Positions 23,636 to 26,070 of a DNA stretch of 26,070 nucleotides are shown in pieces. This DNA is from a virus (Duplodnaviria > Caudoviricetes): positions 1-26,070 of the IMG/VR virus record IMGVR_UViG_3300020044_007772; one strand, written 5' to 3'. A program made the position numbers and the translations under genes. Below the pieces are notes generated by a model that saw nothing but the letters and a program-made list of their open reading frames with translations, did not search any database and was not told the DNA's origin. Within the stretch, counting starts at the first letter, position 1; each line of letters opens with the position of its first letter.

Positions 23636-25176
23636 CCGGTTTGATATACCACATCTGTAGAAGCCCATTGAATCTGCAAGCCGCTGCTGGCCGTCTTCAT
23701 CTGAAGGCCGCCGCAGTAGCCGATGCCTGTAATGCCAAGCCATGTATTTTGGACAGCCAAATCAGCGCCCCAAATGGCAGTGTCCCAAGTGCTAGTAGCC
23801 GCATCCCAGACGCCATAAGCCGAGCCGGTAAACGTCACCGGGGCAGTCGTGTCAGATGTGTCAAAGTCAATGTTCATGCCGACGCTAATAACCGGATCGC
23901 CATTAGTGAAAAGGCTGGGGCGAGCGCGAGTGAAATACTTTTTTACGCCACGAGACCCAAAGTAATTGAACGCCTGGAGCGTCTGTGTCGTGATATTGCT
24001 GGTGTAATCAGTATAATTATCGTCCCAAGCCTTACCGACGTAGCCATCAGAACCAAAGTACGGGTCGTCTTGGTATATTTCCCAGCAATAAGCAGCCCAG
24101 CCAATGAACTGCGCCCATGACTTTGTAATGGTGTTCATGACGTACTGCTGCTGTTGACCGTCAGCCACAGGCACGTTGATCCAAACGGCGTTGTTCTTGG
24201 CAGTATAAACGACTTGCCAGCCGACAGAGGCATGGTTGCCGCCATACTGAATTGTAGCCGCTGTAATCGCGCCCTGTATCTTGTCAGAAAGAGCCACGCG
24301 GGGGTCTAGGCGGCTGGATTGCAGGGACGCGGCCAGTGGCATAAGGCCGTCATACGTCAAAATGAGCAGATCGCCGCCCCACTTGAGCATGGGCCGGGTG
24401 CCTACAGGAGAACCCAGCTTCCAAACGCCAATAAGCGACCATGTGGCCGCGCTGGCTGGGTCGGTACCGCGATAAACGATAGTTTCGCCAATGCTGGTAA
24501 TGAACGCCAGATTGTCATCAACGCCATAGCCAGCGTCGAGCGTCCATGTATCAAGATCAACCAGATGCCCGCCGTACTTGGCGATAGAACTCATATCAAG
24601 GTATTGAGCCGCGCCCGCGATGGAGCTAGTGGGCAAGTACCATGCTTTGAGGGTGTATTGCTCAATGAACCAAATGCGGTTCTTAAACAGCGTAATATTT
24701 GAAAGATCGGCTGACGTTACGCCTGTAATGGCAGGATTAGTCCAAGTCGAACCGTCGTAGAGCAGGGCGGAATCTTCGCCATTGACAGCCATAAGAAAGC
24801 TGCCGCCAGCGGTAGTTATGTTGATATATTCCCAAATGCCGTTGGTCAGGCCCGTAACGACTGGAGCGCCAACAGCGCCGCCCGCCGTAACGTCGTAAAT
24901 CTTACCGGCGCTGGTGACGGCAAACATTTCAGTGTTGTTGCCGTCGTTATAGACCATAAGGGTCTGGACCTTGCCGTCTAGTCCCGTGGCATGTTTGGTG
25001 TAGCCGCCCCGCATGGTCAAACTGCTGACTGTCGGAAACATGTTAATGAGCGTTACGGCGTCCGTAGGCTCCATATTGGCAATGCTGTCACGCGCGTTCC
25101 AACCGCCCACCGGGGCGGGCAGCGACTGCACTTGAGCCGCTGTACCTTGGACCATTGCGCGTGGGCTAATTGCCAT
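23620..25176 (-). CDS. Tail nozzle / packaged-DNA stabilisation protein (P22 gp10 / tubular protein B-like)
   Basis: LPAPVGGWNARD N-terminus, beta-rich 518-aa sequence, downstream of the adaptor. Confidence 0.75.
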   Translation of the reverse strand: MAISPRAMVQGTAAQVQSLPAPVGGWNARDSIANMEPTDAVTLINMFPTVSSLTMRGGYTKHATGLDGKVQTLMVYNDGNNTEMFAVTSAGKIYDVTAGGAVGAPVVTGLTNGIWEYINITTAGGSFLMAVNGEDSALLYDGSTWTNPAITGVTSADLSNITLFKNRIWFIEQYTLKAWYLPTSSIAGAAQYLDMSSIAKYGGHLVDLDTWTLDAGYGVDDNLAFITSIGETIVYRGTDPASAATWSLIGVWKLGSPVGTRPMLKWGGDLLILTYDGLMPLAASLQSSRLDPRVALSDKIQGAITAATIQYGGNHASVGWQVVYTAKNNAVWINVPVADGQQQQYVMNTITKSWAQFIGWAAYCWEIYQDDPYFGSDGYVGKAWDDNYTDYTSNITTQTLQAFNYFGSRGVKKYFTRARPSLFTNGDPVISVGMNIDFDTSDTTAPVTFTGSAYGVWDAATSTWDTAIWGADLAVQNTWLGITGIGYCGGLQMKTASSGLQIQWASTDVVYQTGWAGV

Positions 25177-26059
25177 AGCCAGTATCCGGGATATTGTCCC
25201 AACCGATCAGGACTGTGCCAGGGCGAGGCGCAAACGAAAGATTTGCCGCCGAAGTGTCCTGAGCCACGGAAGTCTCGAATTCCTGCAGATAGTCCCTGTA
25301 AAGCGCCGTCGTATCAAAGCCCTTGGCCTGAAAATACTTTAGCTTGGTCGAGAGGACCATCAATCGGTCAGGGTAAATGCAAGTGTCGTTGTCAGCCGTA
25401 AAGCTGTTCTGGACGACGCCCGTTGCCGAACGCGCCCAGCCCTTGCTGCGGTATTCAAAGCCAAGGAATTCCTGATTAGAATAACCAGGCCAAATCTGGA
25501 AATAACTGCCGTATAGACGCCAGCGGATGCGCGGGCCTGTGCTGATAAAGCCGCTCAGAAGCCATTCCCACTGCTGGGCGCTTTCGGGGCCGAGCATTTC
25601 CCAATGCTTTGACTTATCCCACTGAGTGCGTGGGACAATGCTGTCGTAATCAGCCGGAAGGTCATATTTGACCTTCTGAAAATAGACAGTTCCTGCCGTG
25701 ACGTTGCTGGTCGAATACTGAGAAACCGTGACCTGCGTGGCAGAGTCAACGCTGCTGATAAACGTGGCGTTAGGGAAGCCGGTTCCCACCACCATGTAGC
25801 TTGTATCAAGCCCAGCGGTGGAGGGAATCCCGGTAATGGTAAGAGAGGATGTCGTGTAGGTGCCGGTAGTGGTTACATATTCCGTGAAAAAACTATGGGG
25901 CATAGTTAATTCACGCCAGTCGGCCTTACGCAGCAATTCGTATCCAGAGGCGTTCATCAACGCTAGGATTTGCGTAACGTCTTGGTTTGTATTTCCCGCT
26001 ACCGTTGTCGGTGTTGGAACGCCTAGTTCATTGGTGACCTGTTGCACCAACTGAAGCAT
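25166..26059 (-). CDS. Head-tail adaptor / tubular protein A-like (true start may lie a few codons beyond the window)
   Basis: LQLVQQVTNELG...YDLPADYD...FEYRSKGW...SFTADNDT motifs; frame is open to the window edge. Confidence 0.72.
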   Translation of the reverse strand: MLQLVQQVTNELGVPTPTTVAGNTNQDVTQILALMNASGYELLRKADWRELTMPHSFFTEYVTTTGTYTTSSLTITGIPSTAGLDTSYMVVGTGFPNATFISSVDSATQVTVSQYSTSNVTAGTVYFQKVKYDLPADYDSIVPRTQWDKSKHWEMLGPESAQQWEWLLSGFISTGPRIRWRLYGSYFQIWPGYSNQEFLGFEYRSKGWARSATGVVQNSFTADNDTCIYPDRLMVLSTKLKYFQAKGFDTTALYRDYLQEFETSVAQDTSAANLSFAPRPGTVLIGWDNIPDTGYGN

Positions 26060-26070
26060 CGTCGTACTGG

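Overview
About 26 kb of a tailed dsDNA phage genome, probably podovirus-like and infecting an alphaproteobacterium (it encodes a GcrA-like regulator and has RpoD-type promoters with GCTA-like -10 elements). Left to right: a leftward packaging module (56-aa conserved ORF, TerS, intein-containing TerL); a ~0.8 kb non-coding control region with GGACA repeats; a rightward cluster of small early genes including a SprT-like protease; leftward Cro-like and primase-helicase genes; a rightward recombination/replication operon (Sak4-like ATPase, DUF669-like SSB, Cas4-like nuclease, RuvC-like resolvase, GcrA-like); and the 3' part of the leftward late operon (adaptor, nozzle, GNAT, three ejection proteins, tail fibre, ferritin-like protein, holin, GH108 endolysin). 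Portal and capsid genes are not in the window, and no integrase, DNA polymerase, CRISPR array or complete tRNA was seen. The main surprise is that both HNH endonucleases sit in dual-coding DNA. One is nested out of frame inside the TerL intein, whose own frame stays open. The other lies antisense within the late operon, covered by an ORF that overlaps the stop and start codons of the flanking structural genes, and its RBS is locked in a hairpin. All family assignments come from motif recognition by eye, not database searches.
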